DNA of 64,000 nucleotides from a virus: IMG/VR virus record IMGVR_UViG_3300045988_182793, positions 1 to 64,000 of that record; one strand, 5' to 3'. Shown piece by piece: positions 1 to 9,685 of this stretch (position 1 is its first letter; each line of letters starts with the position of its first letter). The notes under the pieces were generated by a model. It saw only the letters and a program-made list of their open reading frames with translations, ran no database searches and was not told where the DNA came from. The position numbers and the translations under genes were made by a program.

Positions 1-14
1 CCCCGAAAGCAACC

Positions 15-377
15 GTGGCAAAGATGGTATCGCTTTTGGAAGAAGAAAATCCCGGATGCTTTAATGACCCGGACAAGACCTTTATTGACCTGTACATGAA
101 ATCGGGCCTGTACATTACCGAAATCGTGAAGCGTCTGTACCAGAGCGAAGGCATGAAAGCTGCGTTCCCGAACTCCAAGGAGCGGCTCGAACACATCTTT
201 GAAAAGCAGGTCTACGGTCTGGCTCCGTCCGAAATTATTTATCGCATTGCAACCAACTATATTCTTGGGTTCTCTGAGGAGCATAACGGAAAGCAGTATA
301 ACTTTCGTATGTGCGATGCATTGCCTTATGCAAAGGATGGGACGTTGAGCGAAAAGCTGGATGAGTTATTTGGATAA
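15..377 (+). CDS. hypothetical protein (GTG at 15; ORF may continue upstream of window)
   Basis: 120-aa ORF, no recognisable motif; hairpin+T-run terminator follows. Confidence 0.4.
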   Translation: MAKMVSLLEEENPGCFNDPDKTFIDLYMKSGLYITEIVKRLYQSEGMKAAFPNSKERLEHIFEKQVYGLAPSEIIYRIATNYILGFSEEHNGKQYNFRMCDALPYAKDGTLSEKLDELFG

Positions 378-399
378 AACAGTATAGGAATATAGCTAA

Positions 400-440
400 G
401 CCGCCAAGCGAGTGAAATCGTTTGGTGGCTTTTCTTTTTG
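400..440 (+). terminator. rho-independent terminator
   Basis: GCCGCCAA...TTGGTGGC stem followed by TTTTCTTTTT. Confidence 0.6.
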
Positions 441-472
441 CTACGGAAAAGTAGACATTGTACTTGTCATGA

Positions 473-545
473 GCTTGTTGCATACTTGCTACGAACTTGC
501 TAAAAACTTGCTAAGCACTTGCTACGCTTCACCTCGAAGCAAGTT
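473..545. repeat. iteron-like array: ACTTGCTA x4 at exact 11-bp spacing (484,495,506,517) plus degenerate copy at 473 and inverted copy AAGCAAGT at 538
   Basis: read directly in sequence tacttgctacgaacttgctaaaaacttgctaagcacttgctacg...gaagcaagttc. Confidence 0.7.
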
Positions 546-1044
546 CATTTTTTTGCGCGAAAGAATATCGGATAAGTGACGCTTCCTACTCGTATGACCG
601 AAAGAAAACATGCAAAGACTCTACCATTCTGGTAGGGCTTTTTTGCTGCCCAAAAAGTTGGAAAAATGTCGCAAGCGAGCCGCTGAAACCTCAGAATTTT
701 GTCGCAGCCTTTCCGAATATGAGATGTATCTCACAAAAGCGAAATGCGCTGCTTCGTATCTGTGGTGAGACAATCGGAACAGGCGAATAGCAAAATCTCA
801 GCTGCCGCAAATGCTGTCAAGTTCAAATCACAACTCCCAAAAGTTTCGTTTGGGAAAGCCTGCATTAAAAGTTTCGTTCTGGAAAATGCAGAGGGGAAAG
901 GAAAATGTCGAAGCATATATGCACTGATTTTCTTCTTGCTATTTGTGCAATCCGCTCAAATTGGCGATAAATATTCCCAAAATAAATAAGTCAAAGCGCT
1001 TTTGGTGTATAATGGCTCTGACAAACAGAAAAAAGGAGAACACT

Positions 1045-2124
1045 ATGAAAAAGGTTGTATCATTAGCACTTTCGACTTTGCTCGTCCTCTCTTTGGCCGC
1101 CTGTGGCAAGGCAGATAGTTCTGCTGCAACAGCCGCAAGTGAATCCAGGTCAAGTACTTCGTCAAATAGTGTTTCCGATAGCACACCAGACGACGTCCCC
1201 GATGGGGTCAAAATAGGAGATACATATACCACCGCAGATGGAAAGCAGCATGTTCTAGTGGAAGCTGGTACAGGTAACGATTTGCCTACGCCATCTCCTG
1301 AACCCAAAATCACATACGATAATGATTTCCAGGCACAGACACTTGTTGATAATGAAGAATGCACCATTATCTTGCAAAGCGTTGGCTACGATGATGATTA
1401 TGGCTATTATTGGAAGATTTACTTTAAGAATAAGACATCGGATAAAAAACTCAACAACTGGTTTGGCTCCTGCACATTGAATGGCGTGGGTGCAAGCCTT
1501 TCGTTCCCGAGTGTTGAGCCCGGTCAAGAAGAAACGGAAGTTTGTCGTTGGAAAAGCGCTGGGCTTAAAATCTATAACATCAATCCGCAGGATATCAATA
1601 CGGTAAGTTTTTATCTCAATGTTTATAACGAATTAGATGATGCTGTCCCACGACATGACCTTGTTGATGACGATTTCGTGGTTTATCCAAAAGGGGAAGA
1701 TAACGCAACCGAGCCAAAGCATGAAACTCAACCCACAGACCTCGTCCTGGTTGATAATGACGCTTGCGCCCTGATGATTTGTGGATTTGACCCCGATGGT
1801 CTGCTCGGTTACACGGCTAAAGCTTATATTGAAAACAAAACAGATAAAGAAATCATGTTTGCCTTTAGAAGCGGAGGCTCCATAAATAGCTTTGAGTGCT
1901 TCCCTAAAACAGATACAATGGGAATCGATGCACATACTAATGTCTATATGGACATCTACTATCGCGATTATTTGGATACTTATGAGGCCAACGGTAAAGA
2001 CCCCACCTCTATCACCGAAATGGTGATGCCAATCGTTATAAACAATTTCAATACTCGGGACATCTATGTAGATGAGACTTTTACTATTAACCCTCAGACA
2101 AATTCCGTGACAACATCGGAATAA
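1045..2124 (+). CDS. lipoprotein, paralog A (signal peptide MKKVVSLALSTLLVLSLAAC lipobox)
   Basis: RBS AAAGGAGAA 8 nt upstream; extended -10 TGGTGTATAAT at 1000-1012; shares TIILQSVGYDDDYGYYWKI and VYPKGEDNATEPKHE blocks with next gene. Confidence 0.75.
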   Translation: MKKVVSLALSTLLVLSLAACGKADSSAATAASESRSSTSSNSVSDSTPDDVPDGVKIGDTYTTADGKQHVLVEAGTGNDLPTPSPEPKITYDNDFQAQTLVDNEECTIILQSVGYDDDYGYYWKIYFKNKTSDKKLNNWFGSCTLNGVGASLSFPSVEPGQEETEVCRWKSAGLKIYNINPQDINTVSFYLNVYNELDDAVPRHDLVDDDFVVYPKGEDNATEPKHETQPTDLVLVDNDACALMICGFDPDGLLGYTAKAYIENKTDKEIMFAFRSGGSINSFECFPKTDTMGIDAHTNVYMDIYYRDYLDTYEANGKDPTSITEMVMPIVINNFNTRDIYVDETFTINPQTNSVTTSE

Positions 2125-2280
2125 TTTGACGCCCTCCTGCGATTAAAATTATTAACTTTCCCGGACTTCGTTTGCAACTTTGTAAGTAAAGGTTTCGTTC
2201 TGGAAAACACGGTGGAAAAGTAAAATGTCGAAGCGCTTTTGATGTATAATAGCCTTATACAAAGAAAAAAGGAGAAAATC

Positions 2281-3303
2281 ATGAAAAAGGTTGTATCATT
2301 AGCACTTTCGGCTTTGCTTGTACTTTCCCTGGCCGCCTGTAGCAGCTCTAACACTACCAGTACTGCTGCCAGCAGTGCAGCTACATCTGATGCTGCATCC
2401 TCCGAGGAAAGCACCAGCAGCTCCTCACCGAGTACCGCAAATAGCGCTGCCGATAGCACAATGGCTGAACCTAACATCCAGTTCGATGAGAGCTTCCAGC
2501 CACAGACGATTGCCGACAACGATACCTGTACCATCATCTTGCAGAGCGTTGGCTATGATGATGACTACGGATACTACTGGAAGATTAACTTCCAGAACAA
2601 AACGGATGACAAAACTCTTTGCGCTATCACAAGCAGCTCGTCCTTGAATGGAATCCCGGCAGATACCAGTTGGTTCCCGGAAATTGGACCAGAAGTGAAA
2701 ACCACCGAGGTCGTTTCGTGGGATAAAGCAGGACTGAAAATCTATGGAGTGAAACCGCAAGACATCGATACCGTCAAACTTCACATCGATGTCTATGATG
2801 AAGCAGAATGGGATGTGTCGAATCGTGATGACCCTGTCGATGATAACTTTGTGATTTATCCGAAAGGTGAAGAGAACGCGACAGAACCAAAACACGAGAT
2901 TCAGCCCACGGATATTGTGCTGTTCGACAATGATGCCTGCAGCATGGTCGTTTGCGGATTTTATTCTGATAGTTTCATGGGCTATACGGCGAAAGCCTAC
3001 TGTCAGAACAAGACGGATGACCGTATCGATGTCATTCTGGACAAAGGCTCTATCAACGGCTTTGAATGTACCCCGGAAGGAGCGGCACTACTGGAACCAC
3101 ATTCCAACGCCTATGTTGACATTCGTTGGCAAGAATATGCTGAAACTTATGCAGAGAATGGCAACGACCCAACATCCATCACAGAAATTGTAATGCCAGT
3201 TTTTGTGAGAAAAGACACAGGGAACAATACGGTATACATTGATGCCACTTATTCTATTGACCCGCAGGCAAGAACTGCAACGCCGATAGTGAACCCCCAA
3301 TGA
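2281..3303 (+). CDS. lipoprotein, paralog B (MKKVVSLALSALLVLSLAAC)
   Basis: tandem paralog of 1045-2124 including duplicated ~50-nt upstream element (861-910 vs 2188-2237) and extended -10 TGATGTATAAT. Confidence 0.75.
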   Translation: MKKVVSLALSALLVLSLAACSSSNTTSTAASSAATSDAASSEESTSSSSPSTANSAADSTMAEPNIQFDESFQPQTIADNDTCTIILQSVGYDDDYGYYWKINFQNKTDDKTLCAITSSSSLNGIPADTSWFPEIGPEVKTTEVVSWDKAGLKIYGVKPQDIDTVKLHIDVYDEAEWDVSNRDDPVDDNFVIYPKGEENATEPKHEIQPTDIVLFDNDACSMVVCGFYSDSFMGYTAKAYCQNKTDDRIDVILDKGSINGFECTPEGAALLEPHSNAYVDIRWQEYAETYAENGNDPTSITEIVMPVFVRKDTGNNTVYIDATYSIDPQARTATPIVNPQ

Positions 3304-3329
3304 TAGTCGCATGATTTTCCGAAACCCAA

Positions 3330-3440
3330 AAACTTCTGGAATAGCAGCAAAACTTTTCTGAGTTCAGAAAACTTTTGGCATTTTTGGAAAAAGTTTTCTG
3401 GAATGGGAAAACTCTCCGGCTTTTTGGAATGAAAAAATAA
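3330..3440. promoter_or_regulatory. cluster of TTCTGGAA / TTTTGGAA motifs and perfect palindrome TTTTCTGAgtTCAGAAAA (3353-3370)
   Basis: motif TTCTGGAAAA also present at 877-886 and 2198-2207 upstream of the two lipoprotein genes. Confidence 0.5.
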
Positions 3441-3476
3441 AAGCGCTCACCATTTTTCGGTGGGCGCTTTTCTTCA
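3438..3476. terminator. bidirectional rho-independent terminator
   Basis: AAAAGCGCTCACC...GGTGGGCGCTTTT with A-run before and T-run after; sits between convergent genes. Confidence 0.7.
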
Positions 3477-3503
3477 TAAATCAGGGCAAGGAGACCCGCG
3501 ACT

Positions 3504-4094
3504 TTAGTCGTGGGTTATTGACTCTTCAGTTTTCTTTTTCAGCCATTGTCTTCTCACAAACGGCGTGACATAAGTTTCATCACTCTTCAGCTCATAGCCA
3601 TAGCTTTCAGCTATCAGGATGGCACGTTCGCTTGCTTTCTGTCCGGCAGGCAGGTGGCGAATGAAACCATTGATGTTTTTGGACGAAGCATCATATTTGG
3701 ACTTGTCGAACCCCCGCAGCGGCTCGTCGCCACCATTGCCTTTCTTGCGATAATCGCGGGGCTTTCCGCCAATCATCAGACAACGAATCCCGAATGGAGC
3801 ATCCGCGTGTGTCACAAACGAAGACCGGAACGACGCATCAGTGGGCAGGACATCCGGCAAATCACAGGCGAGAGAAGTGTACAGCCAGAGAATCAGATTC
3901 GTGACGCTGTCAACCAGCTCTGGAAATTGAGCTCGGTCAGTCAAAATATAAAACCACTCGGTGCTTGTGTTATAGTATCCGGCCAGGTCACCGAACTTGG
4001 TTACGATTTTATACAGACACACAATCTCGTTGTCGCGGCAAGTCTCTTTCAGCTTAATTTCCTGTATCAGCTGGCAGACATCAAACTGAAACAA
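3504..4094 (-). CDS. hypothetical protein, last gene of reverse-strand 3-gene cassette
   Basis: 196-aa ORF; terminator immediately downstream on minus strand; overlapping + ORF 3546-4169 judged spurious. Confidence 0.45.
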   Translation of the reverse strand: MFQFDVCQLIQEIKLKETCRDNEIVCLYKIVTKFGDLAGYYNTSTEWFYILTDRAQFPELVDSVTNLILWLYTSLACDLPDVLPTDASFRSSFVTHADAPFGIRCLMIGGKPRDYRKKGNGGDEPLRGFDKSKYDASSKNINGFIRHLPAGQKASERAILIAESYGYELKSDETYVTPFVRRQWLKKKTEESITHD

Positions 4095-4190
4095 TGCACC
4101 GTTGGCGGGAAGAGTTCTGCGGCGATGGTGCAGCGTATCTTTCAGAAACTCTGTTGTATATTTGGGTGAGATGGGCTTTGGCCACCAGGA

Positions 4191-5048
4191 CTACATGTTC
4201 GGAGTATTCTCAATCAGCGGCTTGTCCGGCAGCATGTCCACGGTATACTCGTTCACATAGGTGGCCATCGAAAGAACCGTGTTTGTATACAAATGCGAGA
4301 GCAAAGCGAGGTCGTTGATGCTATCGAAATCTGCTACATTCTCATAGCCATAATGCTTGTAGTACGAAAAGACCATATCCAGGCGTCTATCTTCAGAAAT
4401 CTGAAAATCGCATTTATCGTATGGCCGATTATTGAAAAGGGCTTCACTATAATAGACTGGAACATCCGCAAGGGGATAGGGGTCCCGAATGATAATAGGC
4501 TCATTCTCAGTCGAAATGCCAACAATGTTGTTCACAATGTCAAATTCCTGAGGCTTGAGGTATTCGCTTCCCTGCATCAGCATATCGATTACCGCGTACA
4601 AGACAGAATCATTACGTTCCACATTTTCGTCAATGGATAATCCTGAATGAACACATTCCTGCGCATAGGCAATAGCCTTGAAATACAGAGCATAGTCCTT
4701 ATTCTTCTTGATGGGCTTTGTGAGCCCCTGCAAAAACTGATGATAGCCTTTAATGAACTTGTCGGGGTTTGCCATGGCAAGCTCTACCTGAGAGCTGACG
4801 GCCTCAATAATGGGTTTGCACTCCTCAGCTTCACGGACCAGGTGAAAGAGGAAAGTAGATGCTTTCCCAAAATCCATGTCATGCAATGTCGTCGCAACCT
4901 GGCAAGCGCTGGACAGGGTTCTTCTCTGAAATACCCAGATAGACTCGCCTTTGCTCCGATACTTCTTATCCCATACCGGTGCGTATTTATCGACTAAGGC
5001 ATTACCGAAATCTTCCTGCACTGCCAAAACACCATTTTCGTTCTGCAC
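4191..5048 (-). CDS. hypothetical protein (285 aa), middle gene of cassette
   Basis: 10-nt gap to upstream gene; no recognisable motif. Confidence 0.5.
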   Translation of the reverse strand: MQNENGVLAVQEDFGNALVDKYAPVWDKKYRSKGESIWVFQRRTLSSACQVATTLHDMDFGKASTFLFHLVREAEECKPIIEAVSSQVELAMANPDKFIKGYHQFLQGLTKPIKKNKDYALYFKAIAYAQECVHSGLSIDENVERNDSVLYAVIDMLMQGSEYLKPQEFDIVNNIVGISTENEPIIIRDPYPLADVPVYYSEALFNNRPYDKCDFQISEDRRLDMVFSYYKHYGYENVADFDSINDLALLSHLYTNTVLSMATYVNEYTVDMLPDKPLIENTPNM

Positions 5049-5058
5049 AGTATCCTCC

Positions 5059-6456
5059 TCATAGTTTCAGCTGCCCTACACAGCTCTGCGCAGTGGGCAG
5101 TAGTTTGTGGGTTATCTCGTTGCGGAAATACTTAGGGCCCACGGCCCGCATCCCGAACCGCACACGGTCTAAAGCATCTGCATCCTTGAGAATCGTATAT
5201 AGCAGCCACACCCGTTCTTTGTCCCGGATATTGGATACTTTGAGGTCTGCAAGAGCCTTGCGGTCATCCAAGCAATGGTACTCGATGAGGAAAGCAGTTG
5301 CCGAATTGCAGTCGGAGGCTGTGTCATAATAAATGTCCCTAGACTTTGCTCCGTGACTGTCATCGACATCATCGTTTGTCCGCCCAATATCATGATAAAG
5401 AATCGCATCACATAGCTGGTGGGATTCTTTTTTTGTTAAGGCAATGCCCTGAACCTGAACCAAAAGCAGCGCATCAAAGAGAACTCGCAGCGTATGCTCG
5501 GCGTTGTGCTCCTCATCATTAGCCCGGCCATAAGCATCATACAGAGTGGAAATGCGGCTCCGGTAGCGCTGGTAGAGAGGGTAGAATGCCTGAATTTCAT
5601 CTGTCAGGGCGTTAATGCCGTATAGTGTATCGACCTTTCTATCTTTTACGGCAGCCGGTGGGACAAGAACCTCTTTTTCTTCATCATTCGGAAAATACTC
5701 GATAATGTCACATTTGCTGACATGGGCAGTGATGATTCTGCTGTTCTCGAGACTCGGGATGCGGCAGGCAAAGAAACAGGCTGCCTTGTAGCTTGTGGTC
5801 CAGGAGAAAGATTTCTCGTATGGAGTTGATTTGCTTCCTTCCCCACGATAGATGGTCACAATATCCGGCAGGCTGGATAGCTTCTTTTCAGTGTTCTGCT
5901 TTTGTTTCTGAGACTTTCCAGAAAAGACTTTCTGAAGGTTTTCCTCTTTGAGAGCCGAGAACCCAAAATCACTGGTACGATAGAAGTCCAAAAAAAGTGC
6001 GTATAGATTCTCACCCGGACTGGACAACTCAATGTATTTAGAAAGAACCGATACACGCAGGCTGTCTTCCAGGGAAAAGAGGTAGCCGCGAATGAAGGGG
6101 ACGTTTCCCAATGAGATTTTCTCGGCCATATCCAGAATTCTCTGCTGAAACTTTTCGTCCGATTCGCTGTTCACAGCCAGACGCTTGTCCCCGTAAATGT
6201 TCAGAGAGAGAACAATGGGAACGGTCGTGCTATCGAGCTCGCAATAATAGAGAGGAGCAAGCATATTGTGCGCAACATAGATTCTGTCGACAGGAAGCCT
6301 CGGATACTTCTTAGCAAATTCGTTGGCCGTTAAGCCGACACTGTAGCCTTCTTTGTAGTACCGTTCAATGTCAGCACTTGTCTGCACTGCAGTGAGGGGT
6401 AACATCGTCTCGAGACTTGCTTGGTTGATGCTTACAAGAATATCCCCGACCGTCAT
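5059..6456 (-). CDS. HD-domain phosphohydrolase-like protein (465 aa; HD domain C-terminal)
   Basis: H...HD...D metal-binding pattern: HTLRV, LYHDIGR, DADALDRV in last ~170 aa; N-terminal 290 aa unassigned. Confidence 0.6.
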   Translation of the reverse strand: MTVGDILVSINQASLETMLPLTAVQTSADIERYYKEGYSVGLTANEFAKKYPRLPVDRIYVAHNMLAPLYYCELDSTTVPIVLSLNIYGDKRLAVNSESDEKFQQRILDMAEKISLGNVPFIRGYLFSLEDSLRVSVLSKYIELSSPGENLYALFLDFYRTSDFGFSALKEENLQKVFSGKSQKQKQNTEKKLSSLPDIVTIYRGEGSKSTPYEKSFSWTTSYKAACFFACRIPSLENSRIITAHVSKCDIIEYFPNDEEKEVLVPPAAVKDRKVDTLYGINALTDEIQAFYPLYQRYRSRISTLYDAYGRANDEEHNAEHTLRVLFDALLLVQVQGIALTKKESHQLCDAILYHDIGRTNDDVDDSHGAKSRDIYYDTASDCNSATAFLIEYHCLDDRKALADLKVSNIRDKERVWLLYTILKDADALDRVRFGMRAVGPKYFRNEITHKLLPTAQSCVGQLKL

Positions 6457-6592
6457 TGTTTTTCTCCTCCCACAATTCTTTCTAACATAATTATATCATA
6501 TTTTACAGATGGACGGGCCAAAATCGCAACTTTGTTCATGAATACTTAACCTTTATGCACGAGATTTATTGTTGCCTTAATGTATAAAACTA

Positions 6593-6620
6593 GAGCCCCG
6601 TCATCTTGGATGGGGCTCTT
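6593..6620. other. perfect 11-bp stem hairpin AGAGCCCCGTC...GATGGGGCTCT (possible minus-strand terminator or RNA structure)
   Basis: seen in sequence; no flanking T-run on + strand, U-run on minus strand. Confidence 0.35.
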
Positions 6621-6744
6621 GAGTTGTAGCTGGAGGTGTATCTCATTTTGTGCCAGGGGTATTGTATGGTAGTTTTCGAAAATGAGTGCAAAAAACAAAC
6701 ACCAGAAGTCAAACTCAAAAATATCTTAGTCTTGGCAAGTTTAC

Positions 6745-6790
6745 CCTTGCGCTGCTGTGCGAACTTCGTACAATAAGAATTGTACAAGAG
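6745..6790 (+). promoter_or_regulatory. copy 1 of conserved phage promoter motif (CTGTGCGAACTTCGTACAAT)
   Basis: matches TGTGCGAA-n5-TACAAT consensus shared by >=13 other copies. Confidence 0.6.
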
Positions 6791-6912
6791 AAACGGCAAG
6801 AGACATTTGTAGTGATTGTAGTTGGTCGCCACGAATCGATGCCGTGTCTGCTTGCGCATAATTACCTCTTTTCGAAGCCCACAGGTCATTCTCTCACCTG
6901 TGGGTTTTGTTT
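6790..6912 (+). ncRNA. candidate small RNA: motif promoter to terminator with no convincing ORF
   Basis: promoter at 6757-6782, hairpin CCCACAGGT...ACCTGTGGG + TTTTGTTT at 6878-6912. Confidence 0.3.
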
Positions 6913-6946
6913 ATTGCGGAATCGTGCGAATTGCGGACAATTAAAG
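6911..6946 (+). promoter_or_regulatory. copy 2 of conserved promoter motif (ATCGTGCGAATTGCGGACAAT) driving flotillin gene
   Basis: motif ends ~90 nt before ATG 7035. Confidence 0.6.
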
Positions 6947-7034
6947 ACAGAGCGATTGCGAGATGGGGCGATACCGATGCAGTAGGAATGAGAATCTTAG
7001 CAGCTAAAAAACTGAATGTGGAGAAATAAAAATT

Positions 7035-8678
7035 ATGGTATACGTGATTGGAATTGTAGCAGCCCTGATTATTCTCTTTGGATTTCTCTGCTACAAGAAA
7101 GCTCCGCCCACGGAGGCTATCGTTGTAACTGGCTTTGGCCTGTCTAAGCCTAAAGTGGTTTGCGGAAAGGGTACATTTGTTCTGCCCGTTCTTCAACGGG
7201 CTGACCGACTAAATATGCGCCTTTTGAAAATCGATGTCAAGACTCCTGAAACAGGTGTTAAGACGAAGAACGGCGTAAGTCTCTGGATTGACTCTGTTGT
7301 CACGATTCAAGTCTACAGCGAAAACTCTACCGTTCTGGATGAAGAAGTGAAGGCATCCGGTCTGAAAGACGCCAAGGCGTACATCATGTCCCGCCAGCAG
7401 GCAGCCATCTCGAACTTTCTCGGCATGAACGAGCAGGGCATCAATGACAAAGTCAATGACGTTCTGCAGGGCAATTTGCGAGAGATTGTCTCCGATATGA
7501 CCGTTGACCAAATTCTGACGAACCGCAAGCAGATGGCTGTGAGCGTTATCGAGAATGCTCGCCCCGACCTTGCTAAGATGGGACTTGAGGTTGTGACTTT
7601 TAATGTCCAGGACATCAGGGATGCAGTGGATGTTCAGGGCCACAATCACGGCGTTATCGAAGCTATCGGCATCGAACAGGAAGAGCTCGTAAAGAAACAG
7701 GCTGAAATTGCCCGTGCTCAGGCTGCCCGTGATGTAGCCTGCGCGAAGGCCGATGCTGAGATGGCTGCAAATGCCAAGGAAGTTGAAGCGCAGACTGCGA
7801 TTGCAAAACGCAACAATGAATTGCAGCTCGCCAAGGCAAAGCTGAAAGCTGAAGCTGATAAAGCTGCGGCTGACGCAGATGCTGCCGGTCAGATTCAGAT
7901 GAATCTCCGCGCCAAAGAAATCAAAGAAGCGGAAGCGGATGCTGAAATCGCCAAGCAGAAGAAAATGGTAGACCTTGCCGCACAGGAAGCCGAGGTCCAG
8001 CAACGCAAACTGGATGCGGAAGTCCGCAAACAGGCAGATGCTGACCTGTACCGCCGCCAGAAAGAGGCAGAAGCCAAGAAATATGAGGCGGAACGTGCAG
8101 CTGAGGCACAGAAGTTCTCCAAGCAGCAGGAAGCAGAAGGCATTGAGCTTGTCGGTAAGGCCGAAGCTGAAGCGATTCGTCAGAAAGGCTTGGCTGAAGC
8201 GGAAGCCATGAAACAGAAAGCAGAGGCATATAAGCAGTATAACGATGCGGCTGTGGCTGAAATGCTCATCAAGGTTCTTCCTGACATTGCCAAGAGCGTG
8301 GCTCAGCCTTTGTCCAGCATTGATAAGGTTTCTATCATTGGCGGTGATGCCTCCGGCGTATCCGGCGTTTCCGGGAACGTTCCTATCCTGATGGCTCAAA
8401 CCATGCAGACGGTGAAAGAAGCGACCGGCATTGACATGGGCGAAATTGTCCGTGCCAACAGCATCCAGGCAAAGACAGACCGCAACATCAACATTATGAC
8501 TCAATGTGAACAGCCTGAGAATAACAAAGAGAAAGGAGGTGCCAAGGCAATGGAACGCGTAGAAGGCGGCTATCTGATTCATGAGAAGAATCTCAACGGT
8601 GAGGAAGTCACTCATTTTCGACCGGATGTGACCGAAGAAGAGAAGGCTATCATGAAAGACAAAAAAGCCAAAGATTAA
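7035..8678 (+). CDS. SPFH/band-7 flotillin-family protein (547 aa)
   Basis: N-terminal TM helix, SPFH core, long Ala/Glu/Lys-rich coiled coil (AEADKAAADADAAGQIQ...) typical of flotillin/YqiK. Confidence 0.8.
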   Translation: MVYVIGIVAALIILFGFLCYKKAPPTEAIVVTGFGLSKPKVVCGKGTFVLPVLQRADRLNMRLLKIDVKTPETGVKTKNGVSLWIDSVVTIQVYSENSTVLDEEVKASGLKDAKAYIMSRQQAAISNFLGMNEQGINDKVNDVLQGNLREIVSDMTVDQILTNRKQMAVSVIENARPDLAKMGLEVVTFNVQDIRDAVDVQGHNHGVIEAIGIEQEELVKKQAEIARAQAARDVACAKADAEMAANAKEVEAQTAIAKRNNELQLAKAKLKAEADKAAADADAAGQIQMNLRAKEIKEAEADAEIAKQKKMVDLAAQEAEVQQRKLDAEVRKQADADLYRRQKEAEAKKYEAERAAEAQKFSKQQEAEGIELVGKAEAEAIRQKGLAEAEAMKQKAEAYKQYNDAAVAEMLIKVLPDIAKSVAQPLSSIDKVSIIGGDASGVSGVSGNVPILMAQTMQTVKEATGIDMGEIVRANSIQAKTDRNINIMTQCEQPENNKEKGGAKAMERVEGGYLIHEKNLNGEEVTHFRPDVTEEEKAIMKDKKAKD

Positions 8679-8790
8679 AGACAACATGAAAAGAGGGTGA
8701 CTCGAAAGAGCCATCCTTTTTTCTGTTGTGACGCAAACGAAAAGTTCATGGTAGCCATCCAATTTGGGTGACTGTCTTTTTTGCATGTTA

Positions 8791-8826
8791 AGGCTTTGTT
8801 GCTGAATTGTGCGAATTGAAGATAAT
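8791..8826 (+). promoter_or_regulatory. copy 3 of conserved promoter motif (ATTGTGCGAATTGAAGATAAT)
   Basis: consensus match. Confidence 0.55.
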
Positions 8827-8880
8827 TAAAAACAAAAGATGCTTTGTATCAAATCGATTGAAACCGAAGAGGTGAAGTTA

Positions 8881-9684
8881 ATGCTCGGCGTGAGTTTGAT
8901 TATCATAGCAGCGGCTATAGTCTACATGGTCGAAACCTATATCAGCACCTATTACACTATCGAATACATGCACGGAACATCGCTGTTCCTTATCCTCCTT
9001 GCGAAATATGGCACGCCAGTCCTGTTCCTGCTGCTCTGCGCCTACATTGCATATCGCAAATTCCTCAAAAAGCAGAAAGCTGCGGCTTCTGCTGCATCTG
9101 AACGGCCTACAAGCAAAGAAGAGCTGTATACCAACAAAATTCAAACGGCAGTAAAGACAAAAAGCGTCTTCTCAGAGCAGGCTGACCAAATGCTGTATCA
9201 GGTACGGCGCTTCGGGCAAAAAATGGCCGTTGCCTACAGCATGACCCAGGATAGCAAGACATCCGGGGAACAAGCCAAGTGCCTAACGTTATTGGAATCC
9301 GCAGAACGTATCTTCTATGACCGACTGGATGACGCGATTCGCTCGGCTTCAATGTTTGATGAAACGGAATACAAGGCTTTCTGTCAAGGCTCTATCTCGT
9401 TTGGAAACAAAGAAGAAGCGCAGAAAAAGAAAGAAATCTACAATGGTATCGTAAGTACCGTGGATAAGGTAGTTCATGACAATGAGCGCTTAATCCTCCG
9501 ATTGGATTCTTTAGCATACGCTCTGAACCAACGTTCTGCCCAGAATCCGTGGGATACAGAGGTTGTGCTCGCAATGTCAAAGCTCGATGCTGTCATTAAC
9601 AAGACGACGCAGGACATCGAGCAGGATGAAGTAATCAGCCGCGAGGCTATGAAGCAATATGATATTTTGAAAGGAGAGTCTTAA
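8881..9684 (+). CDS. membrane protein (2 N-terminal TM helices, 268 aa)
   Basis: ATG 8881 with RBS GAAGAGGTGAAG; hydrophobic N-terminus; no catalytic motif. Confidence 0.55.
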   Translation: MLGVSLIIIAAAIVYMVETYISTYYTIEYMHGTSLFLILLAKYGTPVLFLLLCAYIAYRKFLKKQKAAASAASERPTSKEELYTNKIQTAVKTKSVFSEQADQMLYQVRRFGQKMAVAYSMTQDSKTSGEQAKCLTLLESAERIFYDRLDDAIRSASMFDETEYKAFCQGSISFGNKEEAQKKKEIYNGIVSTVDKVVHDNERLILRLDSLAYALNQRSAQNPWDTEVVLAMSKLDAVINKTTQDIEQDEVISREAMKQYDILKGES

Positions 9685-9685
9685 C

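Noticed and set aside
3546-4169. 207-aa + strand ORF overlapping minus-strand gene 3504-4094
   Set aside because: Arg/Ser-rich low-complexity translation. The minus-strand ORF fits operon spacing and terminator placement better.
7209-8786. 525-aa minus-strand ORF antisense to the flotillin gene
   Set aside because: Lies entirely inside a gene with strong family features. Low-complexity composition typical of antisense reading of an Ala/Glu/Lys coiled-coil region.
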